Of a stretch of 21,066 nucleotides of DNA, positions 6,529 to 15,616 are shown one piece after another. A program made the position numbers and the translations under genes. Below the pieces are notes generated by a model. It searched no databases. It saw only the letters and a list, made by a program, of their open reading frames with translations, and had not been told where the DNA came from. This DNA is from a virus. The first letter of the stretch is position 1. Each line of letters starts with the position of its first letter. Location: UHGV virus genome UHGV-0139471; one strand, 5' to 3'.

Positions 6529-7356
6529 ATGTCTCAGTTAGACAGCGGTACTTTTCAGCAGGTTAAAGACCTGGTGCTTTCCGGTTATCACCTGAACGAT
6601 ATCCACGGTCTGGCCTGCCCGACCGCCCTGTTACCACAAAATACAAGCGTTGAAAGCCTGGAGCGTTTTTCTTATGAGCGCTTCCGTTTCCGTGGAGCCA
6701 TGGACACAACCAGTATTGATGATTTCGTTCGCTATTCTGTTGGTTATGCCCAGGAAGAAGAAAAAGCCCGCTGCTTTATCGATGCGAACAACATGCTGGC
6801 CCGTTCTATCTTCAATATCGGCACGCTGGATAACCCAGGTCATGCTGACAACGTCGCCTCGATCAAGCTAAAAAAGACAGCGCCCTTCCGCGCGTTACTG
6901 GCGATCAACGGCGATCACCTTAATCAGAAGCAAATCGCCGAATGGCTCGAAGACTGGAGCGACTATCTCACTGCGTTCGATGCTGACGGACAGACAATGA
7001 AAATTGCACAGGCAGCGCAGGCGGTTCGCCGTGTCACTATCCAGCAAACTAATGCCGCCGATCATGAAGACGGTGATTTCAGCGGCAAAAAATCACTGAT
7101 GCAAAGTATCGAAGCCAGCAGTAAAGATGTTATGCCGGTCGCTTTTGAATTTATGTGTGTACCGTATGAGGGCTTGGGCGAGCGTCGTTTCAGTCTGCGC
7201 AACAGTCTGCTGAAAAGTAGCGACCCGGTTTTCGTTCTGCGTATTGTCCAACTGGAGGCCCAGGAAGAAGCGATCGCCAATGAGTTCCGCGATCTGCTGG
7301 TTGGCAAGTTCGACGGCAAGCCGGTAGAAACCTTTATCGGCAACTTCAAAGCCTGA
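6529..7356 (+). CDS. DUF2303-type prophage protein (YfdQ-like)
   Basis: 275 aa, AAGGAA Shine-Dalgarno; size and neighbourhood (followed by an HD-domain gene) match YfdQ of CPS-53 from memory. Confidence 0.7.
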   Translation: MSQLDSGTFQQVKDLVLSGYHLNDIHGLACPTALLPQNTSVESLERFSYERFRFRGAMDTTSIDDFVRYSVGYAQEEEKARCFIDANNMLARSIFNIGTLDNPGHADNVASIKLKKTAPFRALLAINGDHLNQKQIAEWLEDWSDYLTAFDADGQTMKIAQAAQAVRRVTIQQTNAADHEDGDFSGKKSLMQSIEASSKDVMPVAFEFMCVPYEGLGERRFSLRNSLLKSSDPVFVLRIVQLEAQEEAIANEFRDLLVGKFDGKPVETFIGNFKA

Positions 7357-7368
7357 TTGCTCTCCATT

Positions 7369-7392
7369 AAATCCCCGTCGTTGCGGGGATTT
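7369..7392 (+). terminator. perfect 9-bp hairpin (aaatccccg / cggggattt), possible partial terminator or attenuator
   Basis: Inverted repeat with 6-nt loop immediately after the stop of the YfdQ-like gene; the downstream tract is only weakly U-rich. Confidence 0.3.
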
Positions 7393-7488
7393 ATTAAAGC
7401 GTAATCCTGCAATTAATCGCCACCTGGCGAGGGATTCCTACACACAAAAATCAGCGCTGTGCAGAGCGCAATTAAATGGAGAAATACG

Positions 7489-8016
7489 ATGAGCTTTATT
7501 CAAACCTTCACAGGCAAGCACTTTAACTATCTGGATATCCAGCTGGATGCCATTGAGATCGAAGATATCGCTAACGCGCTCTCGAATATTTGCCGCTTTG
7601 CTGGCCATCTTCCGGAGTTCTACAGCGTTGGTCAGCACAGCGTGTTAACCAGCCACCTGGTACCACAGGAGTTTGCGCTTGAAGCACTTCTGCACGATGC
7701 CGCAGAGGCTTATTTGCAGGATATTCCAGCACCGCTTAAACGCCTGCTCCCGGACTACCGCGCCATTGAGGATCGGGTTGATGCTGCAATACGTCAGAAA
7801 TTCGGCCTACCTGCTGAGCAGCACCCGACCGTTAAATATGCCGACCTGGTGATGTTGGCCAGCGAACGTCGTGACTTTGAGATCGACGACGGTACTGTCT
7901 GGCCCATGCTCGAAGGCATTATTCCAACGGATCAATTCGTTATTAATCCGGTTCGCCCAGGTCAGGCCTATGGGATGTTCATGAACCGATTCCACCAGCT
8001 GATGGAGCGGCGCTAA
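7489..8016 (+). CDS. HD-domain phosphohydrolase (YfdR-like 5'-deoxynucleotidase family)
   Basis: ATG at 7489 with GGAGA Shine-Dalgarno (track ORF starts at an upstream GTG); His ... HD motif context (SVGQHSVL ... LLHDAAEAY) typical of HD phosphohydrolases; 175 aa. Confidence 0.75.
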   Translation: MSFIQTFTGKHFNYLDIQLDAIEIEDIANALSNICRFAGHLPEFYSVGQHSVLTSHLVPQEFALEALLHDAAEAYLQDIPAPLKRLLPDYRAIEDRVDAAIRQKFGLPAEQHPTVKYADLVMLASERRDFEIDDGTVWPMLEGIIPTDQFVINPVRPGQAYGMFMNRFHQLMERR

Positions 8017-8216
8017 TGCCACATATGAAAGTTAAAGAACTGGTCGCTGCAGCTTACGCTGCGGCACCAGATCTACCACCGGAAGCGGCAGAGTTAATGC
8101 GCAATATTGCTTCACGACTGGATGTAACGTTCATCGCCCTTACCGAAGCAATGGACCAAAACACAGCGCAGGCTGCCGTGTTGGCAGTCCTGAATGGGGT
8201 TAAAAACAATGGCTAA
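8016..8216 (+). CDS. hypothetical protein (66 aa)
   Basis: ATG overlaps the stop of the HD gene (TAATG); Ala-rich helical-looking peptide. Confidence 0.45.
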   Translation: MPHMKVKELVAAAYAAAPDLPPEAAELMRNIASRLDVTFIALTEAMDQNTAQAAVLAVLNGVKNNG

Positions 8217-8994
8217 AAACTCGATCGACGTGTACGGCGCCAGCGGCAAAACCAACGCCCTGTCGTTCGAACCGGAAAAGCTGCATTTAGTCACCGATCA
8301 GACCCACCCTCTCTACGATGAGCGGGTCCACCTGCCGATCGACGAAGGGATGGTTCTGAACATCAAGGAGCTGGGTGTACTGGAGCCGATTATCGTCTGG
8401 AAAGACCCTGAAACAGGGCTCACCTGCGTGGTTGTAGGCCGTCAGCGCGTTAAACATACCCTGGAGGCAAATAAACTCCTTCTGAAAGAAGGCAAAGACC
8501 CACTGCTTGTTCCTGGGGTCGTTAAGCGCGGCTCAGCAAATCAGATGGCTAAATACATGGTCAGCGAAAATGAAATTCGCCGACCTGATACACCGCTCGG
8601 CCGGGCTAAAAAAATGTCAGACGCGCTCGACCGCGGTCTCGATGAGGACGATATTGCGGTGTTATTTGGCTGCAGCGTTCAGACCGTTCGTGCAACGCTG
8701 TCCCTTCTCGATGCCACCCAGGCCGTCCGGGAAGCGGTGGAGTCTGGCACTGTTACCGTTACCCAGGCACGTCAGCTTGGCACGCTTCCCCCGGAAGAGC
8801 AGCGGGAAAAAGTGAAAGAGATTGAATCTGCGACCGCTGGGACTACCGGCCATGAAAAAGCCAGGCGTCAGCGCGCCGTGCTTGGCGAAACTAAGTCACG
8901 TCTCAAATCACGCAAAGAAATCACAAAAGCCCTTGAAGCTGCCAGTGGTGAATATGCTGATGCACTGCGCTGGGTGCTCGGGGAGGTTGTATGA
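8194..8994 (+). CDS. ParB-like nuclease-domain protein
   Basis: 266 aa; N-terminal LEPIIVWKDPETGLTCVVVGRQRVKHTLEA resembles the ParB/Sulfiredoxin arginine-rich box; an alternative ATG at 8209 has a better-placed GGGG Shine-Dalgarno. Confidence 0.55.
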   Translation: MGLKTMAKNSIDVYGASGKTNALSFEPEKLHLVTDQTHPLYDERVHLPIDEGMVLNIKELGVLEPIIVWKDPETGLTCVVVGRQRVKHTLEANKLLLKEGKDPLLVPGVVKRGSANQMAKYMVSENEIRRPDTPLGRAKKMSDALDRGLDEDDIAVLFGCSVQTVRATLSLLDATQAVREAVESGTVTVTQARQLGTLPPEEQREKVKEIESATAGTTGHEKARRQRAVLGETKSRLKSRKEITKALEAASGEYADALRWVLGEVV

Positions 8995-9560
8995 ACATCT
9001 CAACAGTAAACGAGCTCATTCAGTCGCTGGAGAGTGCGGGCGAGCTGTCAATCAAAGAGCGTAAGTATCTGGAGTTGGCGAAAGCTTATCAGCAGCTGGC
9101 TGCGGAGAATGTGGCGCTGGCAGCAGAAAACAAAATGGCTGTTGATGCGGTAACGGTTTTCTCAAACGTCACCCACGATATCACCGACATCATCTGTGAT
9201 GAACTTGGGCATGACCGTGTGGCTGAAATTGTCGCGGCCTATAACGACCTCGGCAACATGCCCGCCACTGATCGCATCGTAGCCGGGATTAAGGCCAGAG
9301 TCATTCCTGAAGGCTTTAAGCTGGTACCTGAGCAGATGTATCTGTCAGACGAAGATATTCAGGCAATCTGCAGGCAGTGTGGCAATGGCGATAAAAAAGG
9401 CTATGGCGATTACGAAGATGGCATTCTGTGGGTTGGTGAACTGAGCAATGACGGCGAGATGAAATACGGCCTGAATATTGCGAATGCTAATTACCCTGAA
9501 GAGGGTTCAATCACTGTGTTTGAGTTTGATGAACCGCTGCGCGAGGGGGCCGACAAATGA
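8991..9560 (+). CDS. hypothetical protein (189 aa)
   Basis: ATGA overlap with the upstream gene; no family recognised. Confidence 0.6.
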   Translation: MNISTVNELIQSLESAGELSIKERKYLELAKAYQQLAAENVALAAENKMAVDAVTVFSNVTHDITDIICDELGHDRVAEIVAAYNDLGNMPATDRIVAGIKARVIPEGFKLVPEQMYLSDEDIQAICRQCGNGDKKGYGDYEDGILWVGELSNDGEMKYGLNIANANYPEEGSITVFEFDEPLREGADK

Positions 9561-10048
9561 GCAGCGGAATCGAACTTATGCAGCATGCTCTGGGTGTCAA
9601 TGAGCGCAATAGAACGCCGTACCGAAATTATTTCCTCGCCGGAGATGGTCATACGGACAACGAGGAGTGGGAAAAACTGGTTTCTGATGGTTTCGCTACC
9701 TCCCGGCCAGCGCCTGACTTTGCGGTTAGCGGAACGCTCTATCACGTCACAAATAAAGGCGAAGAATTAGCTATTGCTGCGCTACCTGAACCGAAGAAAA
9801 AGACGCGATACGAAGAATACCTCGACGCTGATAGTTGCCTGTCATTCGGTGAATGGCTGTTGGGTTACCAGCTTCCTGAGGTCGAATATGACCGTCATGG
9901 AAAATGCAGAATGTTCCGGTGCCAATACGATGAATCTTATGGCTACCCGCGTCGTGATATTCAGGGCGAGTGGTGCCCGACAAAGAAAGCAGCCAAAGCC
10001 AGCTACAAAGAAGCGCTGCGCAAGTCTAAACAGGAGCGTGCAGCATGA
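9557..10048 (+). CDS. hypothetical protein (163 aa)
   Basis: ATGA overlap with the upstream gene; no family recognised. Confidence 0.6.
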   Translation: MSSGIELMQHALGVNERNRTPYRNYFLAGDGHTDNEEWEKLVSDGFATSRPAPDFAVSGTLYHVTNKGEELAIAALPEPKKKTRYEEYLDADSCLSFGEWLLGYQLPEVEYDRHGKCRMFRCQYDESYGYPRRDIQGEWCPTKKAAKASYKEALRKSKQERAA

Positions 10049-10353
10049 CAACTGATATCACCGAACTGGCGCAAAGAGAGAAATTCGAAGCGTGGTGGGA
10101 GCGCGAGTATAAACATCTCGAATCCTCGAAATATACCGATGCTGTGCCGCATATCAAATACGGCTTCTGGATGGCATATCAGGCCGGTGGTGCTGAGCTG
10201 GTAGAGGCGCTGGAGAAGGCGCAGCGTGCCAATAACTCAGCACCAGCCATATTGCGCCAGCTTGCCGAAGAGAAACAGAAACGCGGAGAGGTGGCGGCAG
10301 CGACCGCCTTCAACTACGCAGCGTCAGCACTGCAAAAGGAGCTGTCGAAATGA
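10045..10353 (+). CDS. hypothetical protein (102 aa)
   Basis: ATGA overlap with the upstream gene; no family recognised. Confidence 0.55.
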   Translation: MTTDITELAQREKFEAWWEREYKHLESSKYTDAVPHIKYGFWMAYQAGGAELVEALEKAQRANNSAPAILRQLAEEKQKRGEVAAATAFNYAASALQKELSK

Positions 10354-10580
10354 CCAGACCAACTACTGCGCAACTAAACGCTGCCTATGACCAATTTAAT
10401 TTTTGGTACGACAAAGCCAAAAAGTTGGATGAAGAATTAGCGAAAGCAGAAGAGCGCATCGCCGAGCTGGAGTCCCGCACCGTGAAGCTGCCGCAAGCTG
10501 TTAGCGCAGGCGGTCAGGGTTATCAGGAACAAGTCGAGCGGATACTAACTGCCGCTGGCATCAAGTGGGAGGTTGAGTGA
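10350..10580 (+). CDS. hypothetical protein (76 aa, coiled-coil-like)
   Basis: ATGA overlap with the upstream gene. Confidence 0.5.
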   Translation: MTRPTTAQLNAAYDQFNFWYDKAKKLDEELAKAEERIAELESRTVKLPQAVSAGGQGYQEQVERILTAAGIKWEVE

Positions 10581-10876
10581 TGGCGACCAAAGCGCAATTG
10601 CAAGGCCAATGCACGCGGTTGGAAAACGAAAACCGGGAACTTAGTCGCCTTTTGGCAAGGGCTGAGCGTGAGCTTAACAACAGACTGCTGGATGAAGAGT
10701 TACCGCCCGAGGAAATCCCGTACCGCGTTACCTGCTTAATGAAGTATCACAGCATGCCGTGGGAAGTGTTCTGGTGTTCTGAGCACAAGCGATGGATGGA
10801 TGAGATGGATAGTAGTTTTCCGTACTCAATGAGCGATAACACTTGCCCTGTATGCCGAGATGAGGAGGGCCAATGA
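10577..10876 (+). CDS. hypothetical protein with putative zinc-ribbon (99 aa)
   Basis: Overlapping start; Cys/His pairs (CSEH ... CPVC) suggest a small zinc-binding element. Confidence 0.55.
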   Translation: MMATKAQLQGQCTRLENENRELSRLLARAERELNNRLLDEELPPEEIPYRVTCLMKYHSMPWEVFWCSEHKRWMDEMDSSFPYSMSDNTCPVCRDEEGQ

Positions 10877-11304
10877 CCAGCAAATTAACCAGAGAGCCAA
10901 TCACTCACGAATTGAAAATTTACCCTGAATTCTTCTCTGCTGTTTGTACTGGCGTTAAACGCGCAGAGCTACGCAAAAATGACCGTGATTATCGGGTAGG
11001 CGACACTCTCCACCTGCTGGAGACACCGCGCGGTAGCTGTAACCCGACAGGTGAATACATCAATGTGATAATCACCCATATCGCTGACGTTGGTGAATGG
11101 ATGACGGGTTATGTCCTGCTGAGTGTTAAGCGGGAAACGGTGGGCAGCGAGCCGATAGTGATGGACGGACTCGTTAAAGCCGTAGAGTTCTATGAGCAGG
11201 TTAAACGCGAAAATCCGCCAGTCGAAACAGGCGCATGGAAAGATGCTGTTGATTGGGTGCTGAAGGAAGCCTGCCGCGCCGCCATGCTCCAGTTGAGAGG
11301 ATGA
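10873..11304 (+). CDS. DUF3850-like (ASCH/PUA-fold) protein
   Basis: 143 aa; N-terminal [33 protein letters not shown] matches the DUF3850 signature as I recall it (K-x-F-E-I-R-K-N-D-R-D-Y-x-V-G-D). Confidence 0.55.
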   Translation: MTSKLTREPITHELKIYPEFFSAVCTGVKRAELRKNDRDYRVGDTLHLLETPRGSCNPTGEYINVIITHIADVGEWMTGYVLLSVKRETVGSEPIVMDGLVKAVEFYEQVKRENPPVETGAWKDAVDWVLKEACRAAMLQLRG

Positions 11305-11308
11305 AGAG

Positions 11309-11512
11309 ATGACTATCAGGCGTAAAAGTGGACTTAAGACTGTTTTATTTTTCTTTATTTTGTTGGTTTTAGTGATTCCAGTTTCACCAATACTTCTTAT
11401 TTGTTTTATAGGTCAAAAGGCTGATATTTTTCTAGGATTGTACGATAGTATGCTTCTTAGCCAAATCAGTCGCCTACATGACAAGATAAATCCTTATGAG
11501 GCGCGTGACTGA
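11309..11512 (+). CDS. small membrane protein (67 aa)
   Basis: GAGAGGA Shine-Dalgarno; one long hydrophobic segment (VLFFFILLVLVIPVSPILLICFI); first gene of an A+T-rich module. Confidence 0.45.
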   Translation: MTIRRKSGLKTVLFFFILLVLVIPVSPILLICFIGQKADIFLGLYDSMLLSQISRLHDKINPYEARD

Positions 11513-11655
11513 TGAAAACCGTAAAAGAAAATCCAGACGCCACTAATTATCGTGGTTTTTGGCGTGTAACCGTGTGGGCTTGTTTATTCTGTGTAATATT
11601 TTTCTGGTTGCCCGCTATTTCAGTAACCATTTATTACTTTTCCTCGGGGAGTTAA
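11512..11655 (+). CDS. very small membrane protein (47 aa)
   Basis: Below the track cutoff. ATG overlaps the upstream stop (TGATG) and its TAA overlaps the next ATG (TAATG); translation MKTVKENPDATNYRGFWRVTVWACLFCVIFFWLPAISVTIYYFSSGS has one hydrophobic helix. The competing frame is the 11559 TTG-start track ORF. Confidence 0.3.
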   Translation: MKTVKENPDATNYRGFWRVTVWACLFCVIFFWLPAISVTIYYFSSGS

Positions 11656-11912
11656 TGCGCCGTTACATCATTACCGATAAAGACATTATCGATGCTTTCC
11701 AGAGATGGTCTAGCCCTGAATTAAAAAACCAGAAAATGCATACCAGCTTCATACGTGAAGCTGTATGCCGCGCACATCCTGACAAGGTGATTCTTCAGTA
11801 TGACGTTCGCCAAAAGCTAAAGAATATGGCCTCGCGTGGTTTAGTTACTGAGGTGCGTTTAAGTCCTAACGCAACAGCCTGGATGATAATAAAAGGTGAT
11901 TCAAATGGATAA
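11655..11912 (+). CDS. hypothetical protein (85 aa)
   Basis: ATG at 11655 preceded by GGGGAG; the track ORF starts further upstream at a TTG. Confidence 0.45.
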   Translation: MRRYIITDKDIIDAFQRWSSPELKNQKMHTSFIREAVCRAHPDKVILQYDVRQKLKNMASRGLVTEVRLSPNATAWMIIKGDSNG

Positions 11913-12276
11913 AATTAAGACCAAAAGAAGCGAGCGCCGTTTGTCGCGTGACCTGATAGAGGAAGGGTTAAGGCTGGTGGCAGAACGTAGCGAGCGGGAA
12001 GGAGTGAACAAAGATACCGCTAAACGTCATGCTTCAGCCATCAGAGGAGTGATTCCGGCGCTGGGTGTAGTAAAGAGTAAGGTTGTGAAGCCGGGGGTTT
12101 GGGTTTCGCTTTATACCCGCAGCGATGCTACATCGACCGTCATCAGCAATATGAAGTTTACCGCCGTCATATTTGAGTGGGCCGGACAGCAGGAGTATGA
12201 AGATTCGGCATTTTACGCCGCTATCGCTTGTGCTATCAGAACTGCACTGTCTGTGCGTGGTGAAGTGAGGGGTTAG
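11905..12276 (+). CDS. hypothetical protein (123 aa)
   Basis: ATG at 11905 with AAGGTGA Shine-Dalgarno; overlaps the upstream stop by 8 nt. Confidence 0.5.
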   Translation: MDKIKTKRSERRLSRDLIEEGLRLVAERSEREGVNKDTAKRHASAIRGVIPALGVVKSKVVKPGVWVSLYTRSDATSTVISNMKFTAVIFEWAGQQEYEDSAFYAAIACAIRTALSVRGEVRG

Positions 12277-12277
12277 A

Positions 12278-12445
12278 ATGAACTTGGTTTTCTCTCTCAT
12301 TTTTTTAACGGGCTGCATACTGCTTGGCAGTATTTCTGTTTTTTTGTGGGGTGATGGTCGCAGGAAACTTAGCGTTGCATTTGCACTATTGGTTTTGATG
12401 TATGCATTTGCAGCCTGTATAAATTTATTTTCGGGGAGGTTGTGA
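12278..12445 (+). CDS. very small membrane protein (55 aa, two hydrophobic segments)
   Basis: Below the track cutoff. ATG 2 nt after the upstream stop, GAGGGG upstream; MNLVFSLIFLTGCILLGSISVFLWGDGRRKLSVAFALLVLMYAFAACINLFSGRL; TGA overlaps the recombinase ATG (TGATG). Confidence 0.35.
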   Translation: MNLVFSLIFLTGCILLGSISVFLWGDGRRKLSVAFALLVLMYAFAACINLFSGRL

Positions 12446-13323
12446 TGTTAAGCGATCTTCTTATCATGGTTGACCGCCGTGCTCAGGCGGTCAGTTTGCG
12501 CGAAAAAACAATTATTAACGAACGTCACGCCGTCCGTATGCTGGAGCCTGTTTTATCTCTTGGGGTACGCGCTGCGAGCGTACCTGATACATGGGTAAGA
12601 TACGCCGACCGTTGCATTGATAATGGGCTGGCGGCGTCTACGGTTCGCCAGCGCATCGATTGCGTTGCGGCGGTTGTAGCCTGGGTAATTCATGCTGATA
12701 TTAAATTCAAACCAGCCGCGCCGGGCTCTCTGAGCAGGATGCTTGATGCCATGCGTACAGCGGCAAGAGCTATAGGCAAGCGGATAAAGCGTCACAGGGC
12801 ATTGAGCAGGCCAGCCCGTGTAAGTGTTGACGAGTATTCTACGGTAGTGCGGGATATTGAGTCTTTACGGGATCCATACAGGGCCGCAGCCCGTATGATG
12901 CTGTGTTTTGGAATGAGGGCAACAGAAACGCTTTCACTGTCTCCATCATCAATTCTTTCAGGTGGGAAGTTGTTTGTTCCTGACCGGGAGACTAAAAATC
13001 ACTCCGATTTGCTTTTACCTTTGCCAATTAAATACATTCCTTTAATCGAGGAGTGGCTAAGCGTGATAGGTGAGTCAGAAATAAAGTACAACACGCTTGT
13101 AACGACGATTTCCCGCGCCGGGATTAAATGGCGCTGCCATGATTTAAGAAAATTATTCAGAACTTCCGCCGCCGTGCGTGGTGAGGATTATCTTGCAACA
13201 GAATTGATATTAAATCACGCAGTGAAGGACGTTCCGAGCGTTTACTTACAATCTCCACCGTTTGCGGCAATGAGGCGAGTTTTAAACAATTCGATTGAAG
13301 AATATTTACAGGTTAAAGGGTAG
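12445..13323 (+). CDS. divergent tyrosine recombinase (integrase/invertase family)
   Basis: About 292 aa; GGGGAGG Shine-Dalgarno 5 nt upstream of ATG 12445; catalytic-residue pattern readable: Arg (GMRATETL), H-x-x-R (CHDLRKLF), downstream His and Tyr (ILNH ... SVYLQ). Short for a phage integrase; no obvious arm-binding N-domain. Confidence 0.65.
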   Translation: MLSDLLIMVDRRAQAVSLREKTIINERHAVRMLEPVLSLGVRAASVPDTWVRYADRCIDNGLAASTVRQRIDCVAAVVAWVIHADIKFKPAAPGSLSRMLDAMRTAARAIGKRIKRHRALSRPARVSVDEYSTVVRDIESLRDPYRAAARMMLCFGMRATETLSLSPSSILSGGKLFVPDRETKNHSDLLLPLPIKYIPLIEEWLSVIGESEIKYNTLVTTISRAGIKWRCHDLRKLFRTSAAVRGEDYLATELILNHAVKDVPSVYLQSPPFAAMRRVLNNSIEEYLQVKG

Positions 13324-13326
13324 GGA

Positions 13327-13584
13327 ATGGAAAAATCAGCGATTAAAGATAATGATATTATGTATCAAAAGAAGTATCCGAGAGATTGTTTGTTTAAATT
13401 GCTTCAACTACGCACTAATTTAAAAGCGAAGCCAGATATTTACCGGATAGAAATGATTAACCGCAGCGGTGATAAGATTTTGATGGGAGGGCGGCAAACA
13501 ACACAGGAGGCGATTTCTCTTTATCAGGATATTGCGACACTTAGCCCGTCAGAAGTGGAGGCGGCATTCAGTAGCATGGTCTAA
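13327..13584 (+). CDS. hypothetical protein (85 aa)
   Basis: Immediately follows the recombinase; followed by a strong terminator. Confidence 0.5.
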   Translation: MEKSAIKDNDIMYQKKYPRDCLFKLLQLRTNLKAKPDIYRIEMINRSGDKILMGGRQTTQEAISLYQDIATLSPSEVEAAFSSMV

Positions 13585-13603
13585 GAGCAGACCACAAAAA
13601 CGA

Positions 13604-13628
13604 GCCCGGCATCTGCCGGGTTTTTTTA
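13604..13628 (+). terminator. rho-independent terminator
   Basis: GC stem cccgg / ccggg (13605-13620) followed by TTTTTTT (13621-13627). Confidence 0.65.
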
Positions 13629-14662
13629 TGCCTGAACATTGCATCACAAATAATGTAAGTAAAAAGTTAAATATCGATTAACACAAAAGCAACATAATAC
13701 ACGTTAAATCATGTGACGGGATTGTTAAATGTATGTTGTGTGGATAATTTTATAAGCATCATGAAATGATGGTTAAGTAAATGATTGAAGTCTCGTTTTA
13801 TGCAAAATAACCAAAAATAAATTTAACCTATAAAATTCAGTGAATTATGTAATTTTGATTGTTTTTCATTCAAAAGTGACTCGATTTTTGGCGTCAATAC
13901 CTTGCATTTTTGCGCTGAGGAAAAATAAAAATAATTAAGTGAAATATTCATTAATTTAATCAATAGGTTATAGTTGTGAGGCAAACGGATGTATAAGGTT
14001 TGACATTCAGTGTCAGCACGAGTAAAAGACCAAAAAGAGGGCAATTAAAGCCATTTTATTTAAAAATGTTTCCACTTGAAATAAAGCCGGACATTTACCA
14101 CCTTACCTATAGCTATACGAATCAATAAGCTATGTTATTTTTCGTGGTGTTTACTGTTTTATTCGCCGGAAATGTTTCTGTAATCTCATCTGACCAGTGC
14201 GTTTAGCATCTTGACATGAGTTTGTTATGAGTTAGCAGAAAGGGGGAAAGCATAAGCATGTGGGGTGGCGGAAAAGATAAAATCGCGCTCAGGCTTGTTT
14301 CCACCAGCGATTGCAGGAATCTATCACTTTTCACTGATGTTTGATAACGGTTAAATATTTGACCGTTCAATTATGTTTGCTCTGTTACATATTCATTGCG
14401 TTAAAAATGAGCATAACAAAAGCAACAAATATCAAACATTCATGTTGGCACGTTAAATGTTATCCATATTGAAAGTGAGTAGTGATGCGTGGTTGGGGCG
14501 ATATTGACCACTAACTTAAATCGTGCAGGTGGGTAGTTTCATGCTGCTTATCCACAGATTTAGCCTTGTGCGTAATATTGACACGTATTACCGCTGGAGC
14601 CGTTTCTGTAATTAGTCAGGCCATTGCCTTTAAATCACCTCTATATAAAGGAGGTGAACTTC

Positions 14663-15616
14663 ATGGCTTACGGGCGTCAGTTCGAAATAACCGTTAACTG
14701 CACAGATGGAGAGACGATCCACATTACTGATGTGGACGTTGATTTCTCGTCTGTTCGCGACGATGAGAAAGAGCCAAACGAGGCCGATTTAACGTTGTGG
14801 GGTTTAACACCACAGACTCAGAACGCCATCGCTCAGGCAGGGTCAACCGTCAGTGTTGCCGCTGGCTATATAGATGAAGGGATGTTCACCCTGTTTCAGG
14901 GCGAACTTATCAGTGCCGTGACCATCAAGCCTAATGAGGTATACGGCCTGAAAATGAAAATCTACGAAGCGCTGATTCCGTTCCGGGCCAGCGTAACATC
15001 GCGCACGTTTCGCAAAGGTCAGAGCCTTAAAGATGCTGTTTTACAGGTAGCGTCCGATATGGGGATGGGTTGTCAGTTCTCTAAATCAGCTTCCTCTCTC
15101 ACCCTGGCTAAAAGCGTCAGCGCTGCGGCATTGTCCCGCGATGTGCTTACCAGCCTCTGCAAGCCAGTTAATGCCAACTGGTCGCTTCAGTATCAGTCAA
15201 TCATTGTCACTGCCGGTGATTCAATTCTTACCGGTGCCGCTGTTTTCTCCCCTAAAACAGGCTTGCTTGGTGCGCCGCTTCTGAAAATTCACTCCCCGAA
15301 ACGCACGAAGAAAAAGAACCCTTCCGAAAAAGAGCAGATCCAGAAGAAGCACGACAAAAGCATAACTACCTATGTCTGGCCCCCTAAGGGCTCGCAGGTT
15401 GACTACTCAAAAGGTGCTCGCCGCCAGATGGGGGTTATTGAGGCTGTTACATGGGAATCGTTGCTTTATGGCGGGGTTGAGATTGGCGAACAGGTAGAGC
15501 TTTCTTCTCCATCAATGGGCGAAGGCTGGATGGTTATTGTGAAGAAGATTTCCCATCGCTTTAGTACCCGCGACCGTCAGGCGTGGTCATCGTCATGGGA
15601 GGGCATCATTGCATGA
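14663..15616 (+). CDS. phage structural protein, first gene of baseplate-like operon (possible hub component)
   Basis: ATG at 14663 with strong AGGAGGT Shine-Dalgarno (track ORF starts at an upstream TTG); 317 aa; stop overlaps the spike gene ATG. Hub assignment rests on position only. Confidence 0.55.
   Translation: MAYGRQFEITVNCTDGETIHITDVDVDFSSVRDDEKEPNEADLTLWGLTPQTQNAIAQAGSTVSVAAGYIDEGMFTLFQGELISAVTIKPNEVYGLKMKIYEALIPFRASVTSRTFRKGQSLKDAVLQVASDMGMGCQFSKSASSLTLAKSVSAAALSRDVLTSLCKPVNANWSLQYQSIIVTAGDSILTGAAVFSPKTGLLGAPLLKIHSPKRTKKKNPSEKEQIQKKHDKSITTYVWPPKGSQVDYSKGARRQMGVIEAVTWESLLYGGVEIGEQVELSSPSMGEGWMVIVKKISHRFSTRDRQAWSSSWEGIIA

Noticed and set aside
11559-11912. 117-aa form of the gene starting at TTG 11559
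   Set aside because: The upstream 32 codons overlap a better-supported 47-aa ORF in another frame; an ATG with GGGGAG Shine-Dalgarno at 11655 gives a cleaner start.
13823-14044. 73-aa minus-strand ORF in the A+T-rich intergenic region
   Set aside because: A+T-rich chance frame with no Shine-Dalgarno and a non-protein-like translation; the region is better explained as regulatory or recombination DNA.
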